Positions 23,934 through 38,124 of a stretch of DNA of 64,000 nt are shown piece by piece; position 1 is the stretch's first letter, and each line of letters opens with the position of its first letter. Location of the stretch: assembly GCA_964016885.1 (NCBI GenBank), contig OZ024758.1, positions 15,872,001-15,936,000 of the forward strand, written 5' to 3'. Source of the stretch: Eledone cirrhosa. Lineage: Eukaryota. The position numbers and the translations under genes were made by a program. The notes beneath the pieces are model-generated. The model was not told where the DNA came from. It did no database searches and worked only from the letters and a program-made list of their open reading frames with translations.

Positions 23934-26900
23934 AGTCATCTCTGGAATTTGGTCTTTGTATTTATTATTGCTAATATATATATATATGTTCACTACATAT
24001 GTATATATATCAAAAGTGGAAGTATACAATCAAATCTCAATAGAGAGTAGAGATAGACATATAGGTTATAATTGCCAGCCAGAGACAGAGGAGATTGCTC
24101 AAGGTTCATCTCATGCAAAACAACCATTGAGAGAAGAGTTAGCTTAGAGCATGGGAAAAGTTAGTGATGAATTTAGGAAACAAGCAGAGCTTGTAAATTC
24201 AAATGTATTTGAAGAAAATCAACCAACTTTCATTAAAAACTATTTAATTACTTACATTTGTTTCCGGCACATGACAGAGAATGCTGGTGTTGTCCTCCAA
24301 AAATGTCCGAGGCAAGTTAAGACCCTCACAGAATTACCCCGGGTAATGGCGAGGTTAAGGTGCCAGAATAATAAAGCACCCTAACAAGCGTCACCTAATA
24401 GATATTTCAGTAAGAAGATGAGTAGATATATCAGTAAAGTTATATTTTTCAGTTTTGGGGGGGCTTTTTTTAAAAAGACGTTTATGGGAGTTTGGAGGCC
24501 GTTGACAACGAAGTTTTTGTCATTATTAGGCGGTGGATTGGTAGTATCGGTAGAGGGTCGGACGCCATGTTTTGCAGCATAGAGTTACGTCCCTTTACTG
24601 TCTGAGTTCAAATCCCGCCGAGGTTAACTTTGCCTTTCATCCTTACGGGAGTCGATAAAATGATAAAATAAAGCACCAGTAATGCACTGGGGTCGATTTA
24701 ATCGACTTTCCCCCCTCCCCGAAAATTGCTGGCCTTGTGGCAAATGTAGAAACAATTATTAGCGGCTCGTCTTTATGAAATAACGGATGATACTCGTGAA
24801 GGTGGTATTACTGAGTCGCGAGTGTAATGGTTTGCCTAAAAAAATCTTTAGAGGACAACGCCAAATTATCCTATTGTAGTTTGTAATTTAGAGTATTTAG
24901 AATATATGAATTATCATAGTGTGTAGTTAACCCCTAAGACATGAGGTGTGGCCGATTGTCGCACTTAATGGTGAATTGCACCCCCACATCTTTTTTTTTT
25001 TTCCTTTATCAATGAATTATATTATTATATTTTTCTACATCTTGATAAAATAAAATGTTATTATCATATAACAAATATAAATAGAAGTGGATACTTATAA
25101 CCAATTAATTATTGATAGGAACCTTCTCCCTGGTGTGCAGCGTCAGTTGTCCGTAAGGAGGTAGTGATTCAACTATTATATTATTTTCTCTTCTTTTCCC
25201 ATATAATACACAAAATATATATAATCAAAGCGACAGAAGAATAAACAACAACTACGAATTTAATACTAAGTGCATCAGTCGGTCACGCACCACAAAAGTC
25301 ATCGGAATTTTTTTTAGATAAGCCAAACACACGGGTAGCATTAATACAGGTGATGGCGAGGCTAAGGCGCTGAAACAACCAAGCACCCTCACAGGCATCC
25401 GCTGATATCTCGGTAAGACAAGCCTCCACCGATGACAAGACCTTCGTAGTTTGGAATCAAGTGTACATAGCTTCTCTCCTTTACAAAATATTGGTTGATT
25501 GAGAGCTTGATCAATTTTAACAAAACGACAAATGCATTTAGCTTTATAGATATTTCGTCCAACTTGATAATGAGTAAGTAATATATATATTTTTTGTTTA
25601 TTAATTTTTTTCCACTTGACCTGATCATATACAGGCAGAGTAGGATTTACGTACAAGCTAAACAAGCTATAGCTTAGGGCCCCCACTTTCTTGGGGCCCC
25701 GAAAAAATTGAAAAAGCGGTGTGTACATTTCCAAAATATAAGATAAAAAGGAACTAAAATAATGCAATAGTTCTAAACAGTTTTCTGCTTTAATATTGAA
25801 CGTTTTGCAGTTTTTATAACATATAAAGGGCCCCATTATCTCAAATAGCTTAGGGCTTCATCAAATCTAAATCCTGCCCTGTAAAATACAGGGTGTCCCC
25901 AAAAGTGTATACACACTTCAACAGCATTCTAATAAATATGTCTACATTTTTTCGAGGGGGACACCCTGTATTTTTGTGTAATATTTATAAGATTCCTAGC
26001 AATAATTAATTGTTTTTATAGATATAAGAATCAGTTAAATAAATATTTGTTGGAGATAGCAATAAATACATAATAATAAAAAAAATGTTACCATCTTGGT
26101 TAAAACTAGATCAAGCATTTATCGAATGTCTTATTGGGTTCTCAACAATATAGGCCAGCTTGAACTTCTCACATAAAAAGATGCCCTTCTTGATTAAATA
26201 CTGGACACCGAGGTTAACTTTGCCTTTCATCCTTACGGGGGTCGATAAAATAAAGTACCAGTAATGCACTGGGTAATTGCTGGCCTTGTGCCAAAAGTAG
26301 AAACAATTATTTGAAGAATCGATAGAGCGTCTGACAACATGTTTAGCGGCATAGAGTTGCGGTCCTTTGCGTTTTGAGTTCAAATCTCGCCGAGGTTAAT
26401 TTTATCTTTCATTCTTACAGGGTCGATAAAATAAAGCACCAGTAATGCACTGAGGTCGTTTGAATTGAATTTCCCCCTCTCCCAAATCTACTGGCATTGT
26501 GTGTAATTTGTTTGTGCTTCGTTCTGTAAGCATTGTGTTATTATATCTCTTTTTAGGGCGGTGGATTGGCAGTATCGGTAGAGAGTCTCACAACATGCTT
26601 TGCAGCATAGAGTTACGACCCTTTACGGTCCTAGTTCAAATCCCGCCGAGGTTAACTTTGCCTTTCATCCTTACGGGCGTCGATAAAATAAAGTACCAGT
26701 AATACACTGGTTTAACTGCTGGCCTTGTGCCAAAAGTAGAAACAATTATTATATCTCTTTTTATACAACAGTGGATAAAATCAGGATACTTTAGTAGAAA
26801 CAATTATTGATAATAAATCTCGTCCAATTTACTGGATTCATTGCGTACATACACGTTAGGGTTAGTTAAGATATTGGTTCCTCCGTCGGTTCCTATGTTT

Positions 26901-27309
26901 GTGTGTACATATGAGTGGAGCTTGCGAAATAAATCCGGTGAATCAGATGAGATATTTTCAGTTTTCGTCAACGATACCCGGGCATATTCCTATTTTTATG
27001 TTCTATTAAAATAAAAAGTGAAATTTCCAGGCGAAAATACCAAAAACCAAAATGTAAACAAAGAAACATGTTTGCATTCTCTTTGTGTGGAAAGTACGAA
27101 ATGTGTTTATTATATATATATATATAATACAATAACAGAGAAAGCTTTAAGCTAAACTCTGACTGGCTACCATCTCACTCAACAAACATTAGGATATAGG
27201 TTAGTATAATCCCAATTTTGTGTTTGGGGTGCTAACTATATGTATTTTGTGGAAAGCCAGTTGTATTATTTTATATATATATAATATATATATATATATT
27301 ATATATATA

Positions 27310-27426
27310 TAGGAAAAGAGTCAGACCCCGACGGCTGAGCTCCGGCCGTTTCGACAGCTAGATCCGAACCAACCCAGCTGTCGAAACGGCCGGAGCTCAG
27401 CCGTCGAGGTCCTGACTCTTTTTCTA
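27310..27426. repeat. GC-rich fold-back with 31-bp perfect arms between (TA)n tracts
   Basis: 27329-27359 is the exact reverse complement of 27376-27406. Confidence 0.9.
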
Positions 27427-27501
27427 TTACACACTCTACTACTCTAAGTATCGAGTACTTTGGTGCGTTATGGTTCACCTGTTTTCTTACCGCACATTCT
27501 T

Positions 27502-27557
<56 letters not shown>

Positions 27558-28344
27558 ATTATGGTTTTATAAATATAGTTTCCATTTATTAATATATTGT
27601 ATATATATATATTTAATTGCTGCTACAAAAAATACCAAGAATCTGGCTTTCTGTTTGCGTAAATATGCTGCCAACTAAACAGAAATAACAAAATATGCTT
27701 ATTTTCTTAACATAGTTTGTTCTTTTTCTTTTATTTTATGTACAATTTTCATTTTTTTAAAGTTAGATTTTCACTTGTAGCAGAAACTAATTTCGTTCTG
27801 TCATTTGTATTTACGTTTCGGGTTTTGGTTTTTCCCCTGGAAGTTTCGCTTTCACTTCAATGGAATTCCCAAATAGGATTATACCAAATAAAGTACCACT
27901 CAAAAGTTGCGGTTGGTTTCATCACTGTTTAAGGTCCATTTTTCCACGCTAGCATGGGTTTGACGAGTTGTCCCGTTGTGAGACAAGTCTGATCAGATTA
28001 CCATATCTTGCTCATACAGAACTGTTTCTGGCTTGGTTTCTACGACTGGATGATATACATTTTTATAATTGTTTCTGCATTGGGCACAAGGTCAGCAATG
28101 TTATCGATCCCCTAAGGATGAAAGGCAAATCTAACCTCTGCGGAATTTGAACTCAGATGCTAAAGGGCCGTAACTCGATGCTGTAAAACGTTGTCCGACG
28201 CTCTACCTATGCTGCCAGCCCACCAGGCATTCTAATAAAAGTTAAGTGTATTGTTTTCTCCATTTCAACTAGGATGGTAGGGTGTGATTCTGAATGAGAC
28301 AAAGTATGTCAATATAAATTAATTGTCTTTATTTGAATGAGAAG

Positions 28345-28990
28345 AGGTTGTGGCCTAGTGGTTAGGCTGTTGGATTTACAATCATAATGTCGTGGAACTG
28401 GGTTGTGTATTGTGTTCTTGAGAAAAACACTTCATTTCACATTGCTCCAATATACTCAGCTGAAAATGGTTACCAACAATAGCTGGTAAGTCTTGTACTC
28501 TCAGTTGCTTAACACCACCGAAACTGGGTTGGTTACACATTGAGGCCTAATGAGCCTCTGTGCTCAAGACAGACTTTAACCCTGTGATGGATTGGTGTCC
28601 TATCCAGGGTGACGTCTTGTACTCTTAGTCGCTTCACACCATCGAAACCGGGATACAAATTGAGGCCTGATGAGCCTCTGGGCTTGAGACAAACTTTAAT
28701 CCTGTGATGGACTGGTGTCCAACCACATTGAGGCCTGGCTTAAGACAGACTTTAACCTTGTGATGGACTGGTGTCCTATCCAGGGTGAAGTATTGTGCTC
28801 TCAGTCACTTCACACCATGGAAACTGAGATAAGAATCAGCCTGATGTGCCTCTGGGCTCGAGACAGATTTTAATCCTGGTGTCCTATCCAGAGTGAAGTC
28901 TTGTACTATCAGTCGCTTCACACCATAGAAACCGAGATAAGCACTGGCCCCATGAGTCTACCTGCTCTTGACTGATTTTAGACTTTTTAT
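28345..28990 (+). mobile_element. tRNA-derived SINE with a tandemly amplified 3' module
   Basis: Head TGGCCTAGTGGTTAGG. Module GTACTCTCAGTCGCTTCACACC...GAAAC...AGACTTTA repeats about four times. Single-module copy at 51687-51975. Confidence 0.7.
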
Positions 28991-31194
28991 TTGAATGAGA
29001 GCTGGCATGCTTGGGATTGAGAAGTGTTATAAAGCTTGTTTGTTTAAACTGAAGCAGTTGTTTACAGTTTGTAGAGCATAATCAACCATATTTGTCAATG
29101 ATAGGAAGTAGGAAATAACTACTTGAGAAGGTTTCAATGTCTTTTGAAGCCACTATCAGAGTTGTCAGAACAATTTCATAAAATGCAGCCCAAAACTTTA
29201 AATAAGTAATAGATTATATTATAAAGTAGCTCAAAATAAAAAAAAAAACAAACAAAAACAATTGTTAGTAAATTAAAATAAAGTGGAACCTCAGTTCATG
29301 AATGTCTCTTATCATGAACAATTTTTCTAAACAAAACTTTTCTTAAGTTATGCTCCAAACATTGTCTTAACCCTTTAGCAATTAAACCGGCTGTATCTGG
29401 CCAGAATTCTTTCACCTCTTTCTGTTCAAACTGGCTGTAACTTGCCACTCATACTTATGTTAAGGTATTGTTCTCAAAGCAAATGATATCAAAATACAAT
29501 AGATTTGAAATTATGTGAGGGAAAGCCTTTACTGTGAAAATACAATAGTAAATATAGAGTAATGGAAATGCTAAAGAGTTAATAGGGAAAACCTTTTATT
29601 TTATTAAAACCCTCAAAATTTTTTATTATTTTTTATAATTAATTTCAATATGACTACCAAAAGGTTAAAGTGAACCTAATATTTTTAGCCGAGGCTGTAA
29701 GACTTTGACAAATGTAAACAAATATTGCTGTTATCTTTTCCGTGGATAGAAAAAGATTTTTCTTTTTGCAGAAGAGATAAGAGGTCATTTCTTTAGAGTT
29801 GATAGCAAATCAACTATTTACAGTTATTCATACATATGCACGCAGTAATACAGAGTACTCGACCTCCCATGGGTACATGCTGAAGCATATAAACAATATT
29901 CCCCCACACCCCCCACCGCAAGGTGGTCGTGGAGGTGCCACGGCAAAAAAGCACCCAGCCCACACTGTAAAGTGGACGTGTAGGCGCCACGAAAAAGCAC
30001 CCAGCACTCACTGTAAATGAGGTTGGTGTTAGGAAGGGCATCCAGCTGTAGAAATCAAGCCAGATCAGTTCCTGTATGAGCAAGGCATGGTCAGCCGACC
30101 AGACACTGCACACAACAGGACAACCCGTCTAACCCATGCTAGCGTGGAAGAACGGACGTAAAACGGTGATGATGATGATGATGATGCACTGTATTATAAC
30201 AATTCTAATCAGGTATTGGGCGTAATGCTTATGTATATTTTCACAAGGTGGCCAATTGGCAGAGTTGTTAGAACGTCAGATAGAATGCTTTGCAGTATTT
30301 GTTCAGGTTCTCTGCTCTCTGAGTTCAAATCCACCCGAGGTCAACTTTGCCTTTCATCCTTTTGAGGTTGATAAAAAAGTACTAGTCTAGCACTGGGGTC
30401 AATTCTTCTTCTATATTGCTTTCTCACTTCCTTTCTCTCACTCTTTCTATTTTTCTCTGGAAGAAATCTGCTGTATTCAGACCTGGAGAGGTTGATAAAA
30501 AAAAGTACCAGTCATGTACTGGAGTTGATTCTTCTTCTATATCTTTTTCTCACTTCCTTTCTCTCATTCTCTCTATCCTTCTTTGGAAGGAATCTGCTGT
30601 ACTCAGACCTGACGAGGGGATGGGCTCTACCAGGCTTAAAAATGGTTAAGAAACAGCACATGCCACTGTGGTATCTCTACGACTCCTTCAGGGGTTATGG
30701 AACCTTACCATACTATACCATAGAAAGAATTAGATACTGGGTGATTTTGTTCTCATGTTATACAAAACCAATTTGAAATATATATCATCATCATCATCAT
30801 CATTTTACGTCCACTTTTCCCTGCTTGCAAGGGTGGGACGGGAACTGATGCTGGCTTGATTTCTACAGCTGGCTGCCCTTCCTAACACCAACCTCATTTA
30901 CAGTGAGTGCTGGGTGCTTTTTTGCCGTGGCACCTCCACGACCACTTTACAGTGGAATGATATGGACCCCAGTCCCTATCATCTCATTTCTACAACTGAG
31001 TAAACTGGAGCAATGTGAAATAAAGTGTCTTGCTCAAGGAAACAACACATCACCCGGTCTGAGAATTGAACTCACAACCTTTCGATTGCAAGGCCAATGC
31101 TCTAATATCAATGATATTAATAAATGGAAACTATATTTATAAATATCTCTTTGCTTATCATCATCATCATTTTACGTCCGCTCTTCCCTGCTTG

Positions 31195-31508
31195 CAAGGG
31201 TGGGACGGGTCTTATTCAGCACGGCATCTCTCCACTTGTCACGGTCCTTCGTCATCTCCACCATGAGCTTCAGCGATCTGAGGTCTGTTCTCACCACCTC
31301 CGCCCATGTTTTTCGTGGTCTACCTCAGTCTCCTCTCTCGCACACTACATTCTATCCCTCTCAGACACAGTTTCTCTCTCAACACATTCATGCTGGGTCT
31401 TTCACGCACATTGACACTGCACATCCAACGGAGCATGCTTGCCTCATTTCTCTCCAGCCGTCGTATATCCTCTGCAGTTGCTGCCCATGTCTCACTACCA
31501 TGCAGCAT
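31195..31508 (-). mobile_element. RTE-clade LINE 3' fragment
   Basis: MLHGSETW...RRLERNEASMLRWMC...RERRLR, then RPRKTW and DRDKWR. Other 3' ends near 44110-44250, 57000-57170 and 62580-62700. Confidence 0.8.
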
Positions 31509-32199
31509 ATATATATATATGACATGGTCACCCGACCCAACTTGCCTCTAAATGAGACAAACCCGTCTAACCCATGCTAGTGTGCAAGATAGACGTTAAA
31601 TGATGATGATGATATATATATATGTATACATATATATATATAATGTATATATATATATAAATGCATACATGTATGTGTATATATATATATATACATATAT
31701 ATACATATATGTGTATATCATCATCATCATCGTTTAACATCTATCTTCTCCGCTAGCATGGCTTAGACGGGAATTGTCCCACTTGAGACAAGATTGATCG
31801 GGTGTCTTGCTCGTATAGGACTGTATCTGGTAGGTTTTCTACGGCCGGATGCCCTTCCTAACACCAACCACATTTACAGTGTGGACTGGGAGCCTTTTTA
31901 CCATGTCTCCTACAAAACCACTTTACAGCATGGATTGGGTGCTTTTTTGTTGTGACACGACCTCTTTAGTTTGGACTGGATGATCTGTGATACCAACATA
32001 ACTTTACAGATAAAGGGTGGTGTTAGTGGGAGTGTATATTTGGTTAAGAGGTGCCTACTGACTGTAGATTTAAAATTGTACGTAGGGAAGGAGGGTCTTC
32101 TGTATTACTGCGTAGCGCCAAAGGCCTCGATCCAGTTACATTGTCTTAGAGAGGTGTAAGTGTGCATGTGTATATATATATACACTCACACACACACAC

Positions 32200-32249
<50 letters not shown>

Positions 32250-35200
32250 CATGACTATTACTGTTAATGTAGTGTGTTTATGATGTATTACTTGGTCATA
32301 GGATTTAAGACTTATCTCATTTATCAATGAAATAAATAAGTAGTTATATTTGACTCTGGATATCTGATATTGGTGATGTTATGTGTAAGAATAGCCACTG
32401 TTACTCTCACAAATGGTGACATGCGGTGAACACGTATACACACATGCACACACACACACAAACACTCACACTCACCCTTTAGCATTTCCATTACTCTATA
32501 TTTACCATTGTATTTTTGTGGTAAAGGCTTTACCTCACATAATTATCTCACATAATATTGAATCTATGAGATTTTGATATTATTTACTTTGAGAACAATA
32601 CCTTAACATAAGCATGAGTGGCCAGATACAGCTGGTTTGAACAGAATTCTGGGCAGAAATGGCCGGTTTAAATGCTAAAGGGTTAATGTAAGGTCTAATA
32701 ACTTGATAAGACATGTCTTTTTAAAATATCACCAATAATTACCGAAAGACATTTTTCTTCATAACTATTTTCATATTATTTACATGACTAATATTTATAA
32801 ATGTTGACATATACCAGTTTAACGTTGTTCCCAATACCTTAACATCAATATGAGTGGCCAGTTACAGCCGGTTTGAACAGAAAGAGGGGAAAGAATTCTG
32901 GTCGGATATGGCTAAAGGGTTTAAACCAGTCATTGGCAACCTGCAGCCCGCGAAGCTTTCTGAATGGCTCGCCTAAGTCACCTAAGTGAAATCTTTCTGA
33001 TTTTTTTTTACCCCAACTTTTCAGTTGTAATTTATCTTTCTATCATTTTTACGATCGAGGAAAACATGTATGAATTCTGAAGAAACAAATCAAAACAACC
33101 TGAGTTACCGCCCATTTTTTTAAAGTGGGCACGAATGTAAATTAGCGTTTGTGGTCCGCCTGATGATGAACCATATTTCATGCGGCCCACTTCTCGAAAA
33201 AGGTATAAAAGTAGAGTACAAGTGATATGAGAACAGCTGGTCATTAAAAGTATGAAGTGATGTATGCTGAAGATATAGGTTTTCAGATGTAAATAGGTAA
33301 TAAATGATAAGGCACACAAATTGACAGAGTCGTTAGAACATCAGATAGAATCATCATCATCATCATCATATATCTATTTTCCATATTAGCTTGGGTTAGA
33401 CAGATATAAAGTTGACCTCGGTGGGATTTGAACTCAGAGAGCCGGAACGAATACCATAAAGCATTCTATCCAACATTCTAACGACTCTGCCAATTCACTA
33501 CCTTAGTTTTCATCTTATTGTTTTTGTATTTCTAAACCCACCTTCCCAATTACCCTTCCATCCACTCACCCACCCAGTCTCATTGTATTTTATCAATATA
33601 AGGGTGTGTAGTAAGCTACTTTCCTTTGGCGCATTGATACCCTGTCCGCGCGTGATTTGGCTAAGTTAGGCCAATCGCTATCCGCGGATGGATATGTATT
33701 TTCAACCTCCGCCCAAACCGAGACTTTCCCCGCGACTTTTAATAAACTAATCCTCTTTGACTTCGACTGTGGTAAGGTAAACAACCATTTTGCTTTCGCT
33801 CCGCAACCATTAACCAAAATGTAACACAACAATTTAACCACGGCCTGGCTAACACTTCAGCCAGTAGACCGTGCCTTCAGAAAACTTAATTTTGTTCGTT
33901 TCATTTATTTTGGCATGCCAGCCCAGCTTAATCCAGCTCTTCTCACCTTTGTTAATAAATCATGTAAAAACCTGTTACAACAAACTACAAATTGTCGTCG
34001 ACATGATTTTACATATTGATATTATTATTACATGGCATAATATTATTTAACAGCTAAACTGGTTACTATTACTTACTGCTATACTGGTGACCTGTTGATA
34101 CAAAAGATACAAACAATACAATACTAAATATTATCATTTTAAATACTTCTAAAGGTGTCCAAGTTAGGAACAAGGCCAGTAATTTAAGGGAGGAAAGTTG
34201 GAGGGGTAGTTTTATATAACTTTGATAGGTTTCAGCCATTATTGGCCCAAGTCATCATCATCATCATCATCGTTTAACGTCTATCTTCCACGCTAGCATG
34301 GGTTAGACAGGAATTTTCCCACTTGAAGCAAGATTAATCGGGTGACCATGTCTTGCTCATATAGGACTGTATCTGGCAGGTTTTCTACAGCTGGATGCCT
34401 TTCCTAACACCAACCACATTTACAGTGTGGACTGAGAGCCTTTTTACCATGTCTCCTATATGACCACTTTACAGCGTGGACTGGGTGTTTTTTTGTTGTG
34501 ACACCTACATGACCTCTTTAGTGTGGACTGGATGTTCTGTGGCACCAACATAACTTTACAGAGAAAGGGTGGTGTTGGTGGGAGTGGGAGGATGGAGTAG
34601 GGGTAATAGGTTGGGGTGTATATTTGGTTAAGAGGTGCCTACTGACTGAATTTAATAGCACCACCTGGTATAGACTACTCCTGTCCTGCTACCTTTACTG
34701 GTACTCCATATTATCGATCATAGAAGGATGAAAAGGAAAGTTGACCCAGGTGAGATTTGAACTCAGAACATAAAAAGCTGGAACAGGTACCATACCATGA
34801 CGTAGTCTGTCCTCAAGATTATTTTCTTTCCACTATATAGTTATGTCATATGTTCAAATCCTGTCAGTAAATAAAGTACCAGTAACACACTATCAACTGA
34901 TCTATCGAGTCTGCCATTTTTCCATTCTAGCATGGGTCACTTTGTGGTATTTTGTTTTGGCTCTCTGCTCTCTCAATTCAAGACCCAACTCAACATTCAT
35001 TCCATACACACCTTGCAGTTTCTCCATACACGCCTTACACTTAAATTTAGCTGCCACATTATTTGGTAATTCTCTCACACCATTAAAACATCTGGGATAA
35101 AAAATAAAAAATATTTATATTCAGACTAAACTGACTGTTCTAATTTATATTTTGAAAACCTAGAAATACAATATATACTTTACATTTTACACCACTGTGT

Positions 35201-35615
35201 CAAGTTATTACTTCAACAAACATTGCTCTGCCCTTGAGTTATTCAACTAAAACTTGCTCTATTGATAGACCTAAGTCTTATTTGGTTTTTGGTAGCATAT
35301 TGTTACACTAAATAAAGGGGATTAAAATTATACTGACAAAAGAATTAGGTTATTTCTTCCAGCTAAATCTCTCAGGATTAAAAGTTACAGCATCTTGTAA
35401 ATTAGCATTTGGCATAGGGTGGTGGATTGACAGTATCAGTAGAGGGTTGGATGCTATGCTTTGCAGCACAGAGTTACGTCCCTTTACGGACTGAGTTCCA
35501 ATCCCGCCAATGTTAACTTTGCCTTCCATCCTTATGGGGTTGATAAAAATAAAGTACCAGTAATGTACTGGGTAATTGCTGGCCTTGTGCCAAAAGTAGA
35601 AACAATTGACACAAC

Positions 35616-35866
35616 AAAAAGCACCCAATCCACACTGTAAAGTGGTTGTGTAAGAGACATGGTAAAAAGGCTCCCAGTCCTCACTGTAAAGTGGTTGTGT
35701 AAGAGACATGGTAAAAAGGCTCCCAGTCCTCACTGTAAAGTGGTTGTGTAAGAGGCATGGTAAAAAGGCTCCCAGTCCACACTGTAAAGTGGTTGTGTAA
35801 GAGGCATGGTAAAAAGGCTCCCAGTCCACACTGTAAAGTGGTTGTGTAAGAGACATGGTAAAAAGG
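35616..35866. repeat. 49-bp minisatellite (~5 units) from a SINE internal module
   Basis: Unit AAAAAGGCTCCCAGTCCACACTGTAAAGTGGTTGTGTAAGAGACATGGT. Confidence 0.9.
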
Positions 35867-36022
35867 ATGGAGGCTTCAATGGATGTATACTTCAGCCTGA
35901 CCTCATGGGAGTGGCCGAGTGGGGTGGGGCATATTATATAAATGCTTCAGCTTTAACCTGTGGCCCGTGGGAAAACGGGCTTTCTGTATTACTGTATTGT
36001 TTATCTCCATTTGCCATTTCAG

Positions 36023-36327
36023 ATGTTGATGGCTGCAACTTTGAAGGAGATCTGGTGTCTATTATTAACCCTACCAGTTTCCCAGACAACCATTTGGTGT
36101 CAAAATACAAGTGGGCCCTTAATTATCAAGAAGCAGCTGTCTATCTCCAGGAAGGTGAAAACAATGATAAATATGATACACATCCTTCAAATTATGAAGC
36201 CCTTCCAGCTTACCAAATAGCCCACAACTACTGGTTTCACCTGCTTGATCTTGTTGCTTCGATTCTGCTCCTTTCATTAGCTCTGTTTGAGAGTCCCGCA
36301 GTTACTGACATGGCATTTCCTGTTGGG
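36023..36327 (+). CDS. TPCN1: TPC1 exon (N-terminus, IS1)
   Basis: tttcag|AT...WALNYQEAAVYLQEGENNDKYDTHP...FPVG|gtaggt. Confidence 0.93.
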
Positions 36328-36400
36328 GTAGGTAGCTTTATTTTTCTAGTCCTTTCATTACCCGTTTATTATCGCCACCTATTTTTTTTTTTTTTTTTGT

Positions 36401-37992
36401 CATGACACCTACAGAACCACTTTGTGGACTGGGTGCCTTTTGTTGTGACACCTACATGACCATTTTACAGTGAATACCAGGTGCTTTTTGTTGTGACACC
36501 TACACTACTGCTTTACAGTGTGGACTTGGTGCTTTTTGTCGTGACACCTACACTACCACTTCACAGTGTGGACTGGGTGCTTTTTGTCATGACACCTACA
36601 AGACTACTTTACAGTGGGGGCTGGGTGATTTTTGTTGTGACACCTACAAGACTACTTTACAGTGGGGGCTGGGTGCTTTTTGTCGTGACACCTACACTAC
36701 CACTTCACAGTGTGGACTGGGTGCTTTTTGTCATGACACCTACATGACCACTTTACAGTGGGGGCTGGGTGCTTTTTGTTGTGACACCTACACTACTGCT
36801 TTACAGTGTGGATTTGGTGCTTTTTGTCATGACACCTACAAGACTACTTTACAGAGGGGGCTGGGTGCTTTTTGTTATGACACCTACTTTACAGTGTGGA
36901 TTTGGTGCTTTTTGTCATGACACCTACAGAACCACTTTGTGGACTGGGTGCCTTTTGTTGTGACACCTACATGACCATTTTACAGTGAATACCAGGTGCT
37001 TTTTGTTGTGACACCTACACTACTGCTTTACAGTGTGGACTTGGTGCTTTTTGTCGTGACACCTACACTACCACTTCACAGTGTGGACTGGGTGCTTTTT
37101 GTCGTGACACCTACACTACCACTTCACAGTGTGGACTGGGTGCTTTTTGTCATGACACCTACAAGACTACTTTACAGTGGGGGCTGGGTGCTTTTTGTCG
37201 TGACACCTACACTACCACTTCACAGTGTGGACTGGGTGCTTTTTGTCGTGACACCTACATGACCATTTTACAGTGAATACTGGGTGCCTTTTGTCATGAC
37301 ACCTACATGACCATTTTACAGTGAATACCAGGTGCTTTTTGTTGTGACACCTACACTACTGCTTTACAGTGTGGACTTGGTGCTTTTTGTCGTGACACCT
37401 ACACTACCACTTCACAGTGTGGACTGGGTGCTTTTTGTCGTGACACCTACACTACCACTTCACAGTGTGGACTGGGTGCTTTTTGTCATGACAGCTACAA
37501 GACTACTTTACAGTGGGGGCTGGGTGATTTTTGTTGTGACACCTACAAGACTACTTTACAGTGGGGGCTGGGTGCTTTTTGTCGTGACACCTACACTACC
37601 ACTTCACAGTGTGGACTGGGTGCTTTTTGTCATGACACCTACATGACCACTTTACAGTGGGGGCTAGGTGCTTTTTGTTGTGACACCTACACTACTGCTT
37701 TACAGTGTGGATTTGGTGCTTTTTGTCATGACACCTACAAGACTACTTTACAGAGGGGGCTGGGTGCTTTTTGTTATGACACCTACTTTACAGTGTGGAT
37801 TTGGTGCTTTTTATCATGACACCTACAAGACTACTTTACAGAGGGGGCTGGGTGCTTTTTGTTGTGACATCTACACTACTGCTTTACAGTGTGGATTTGG
37901 TGCTTTTTGTCATGATGCCTACACAACCACTTTACAGTGTGGACTTGGTGCTTTTTGTCATGACACCTACATGACCACTTTACAGTGTGCAC
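36401..37992. repeat. 48-bp minisatellite (~33 units) with a ~515-bp higher-order duplication
   Basis: Unit GTGCTTTTTGTCGTGACACCTACACTACCACTTCACAGTGTGGACTGG. The block starting at 36401 recurs at 36916. Confidence 0.92.
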
Positions 37993-38124
37993 TGGAAACT
38001 TCACTGGATGTATGCTTCAGCCTGCCCTCATGGGAGTGGGTGAGTGGGGTGGTGTATTAATATAAATATTAATACAATATCTACATTTAAGATATCTAAT
38101 ATTCAGTTTATATCTCATTTTCAG

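Noticed and set aside
24528-24620. tRNA gene calls from A/B-box motifs
   Set aside because: These are SINE heads continuing into SINE cores, and no complete cloverleaf was seen.
28660-28700. CTGATGAGCCTCTGGGCTTGAGAC as a hammerhead
   Set aside because: It lacks GAAA and stems I/III. It is the 3' hairpin of the SINE module and varies freely among the tandem copies.
33593-33990. GC-richer segment with an 82-aa minus ORF
   Set aside because: No recognisable motif or splice pattern. It could be a transposon relic but I cannot support a call.
35806-36022. N-terminal extension of the 199-aa ORF as the TPC1 start
   Set aside because: The ATG lies in the 49-bp minisatellite, and a good acceptor at 36022 marks the likely real exon start.
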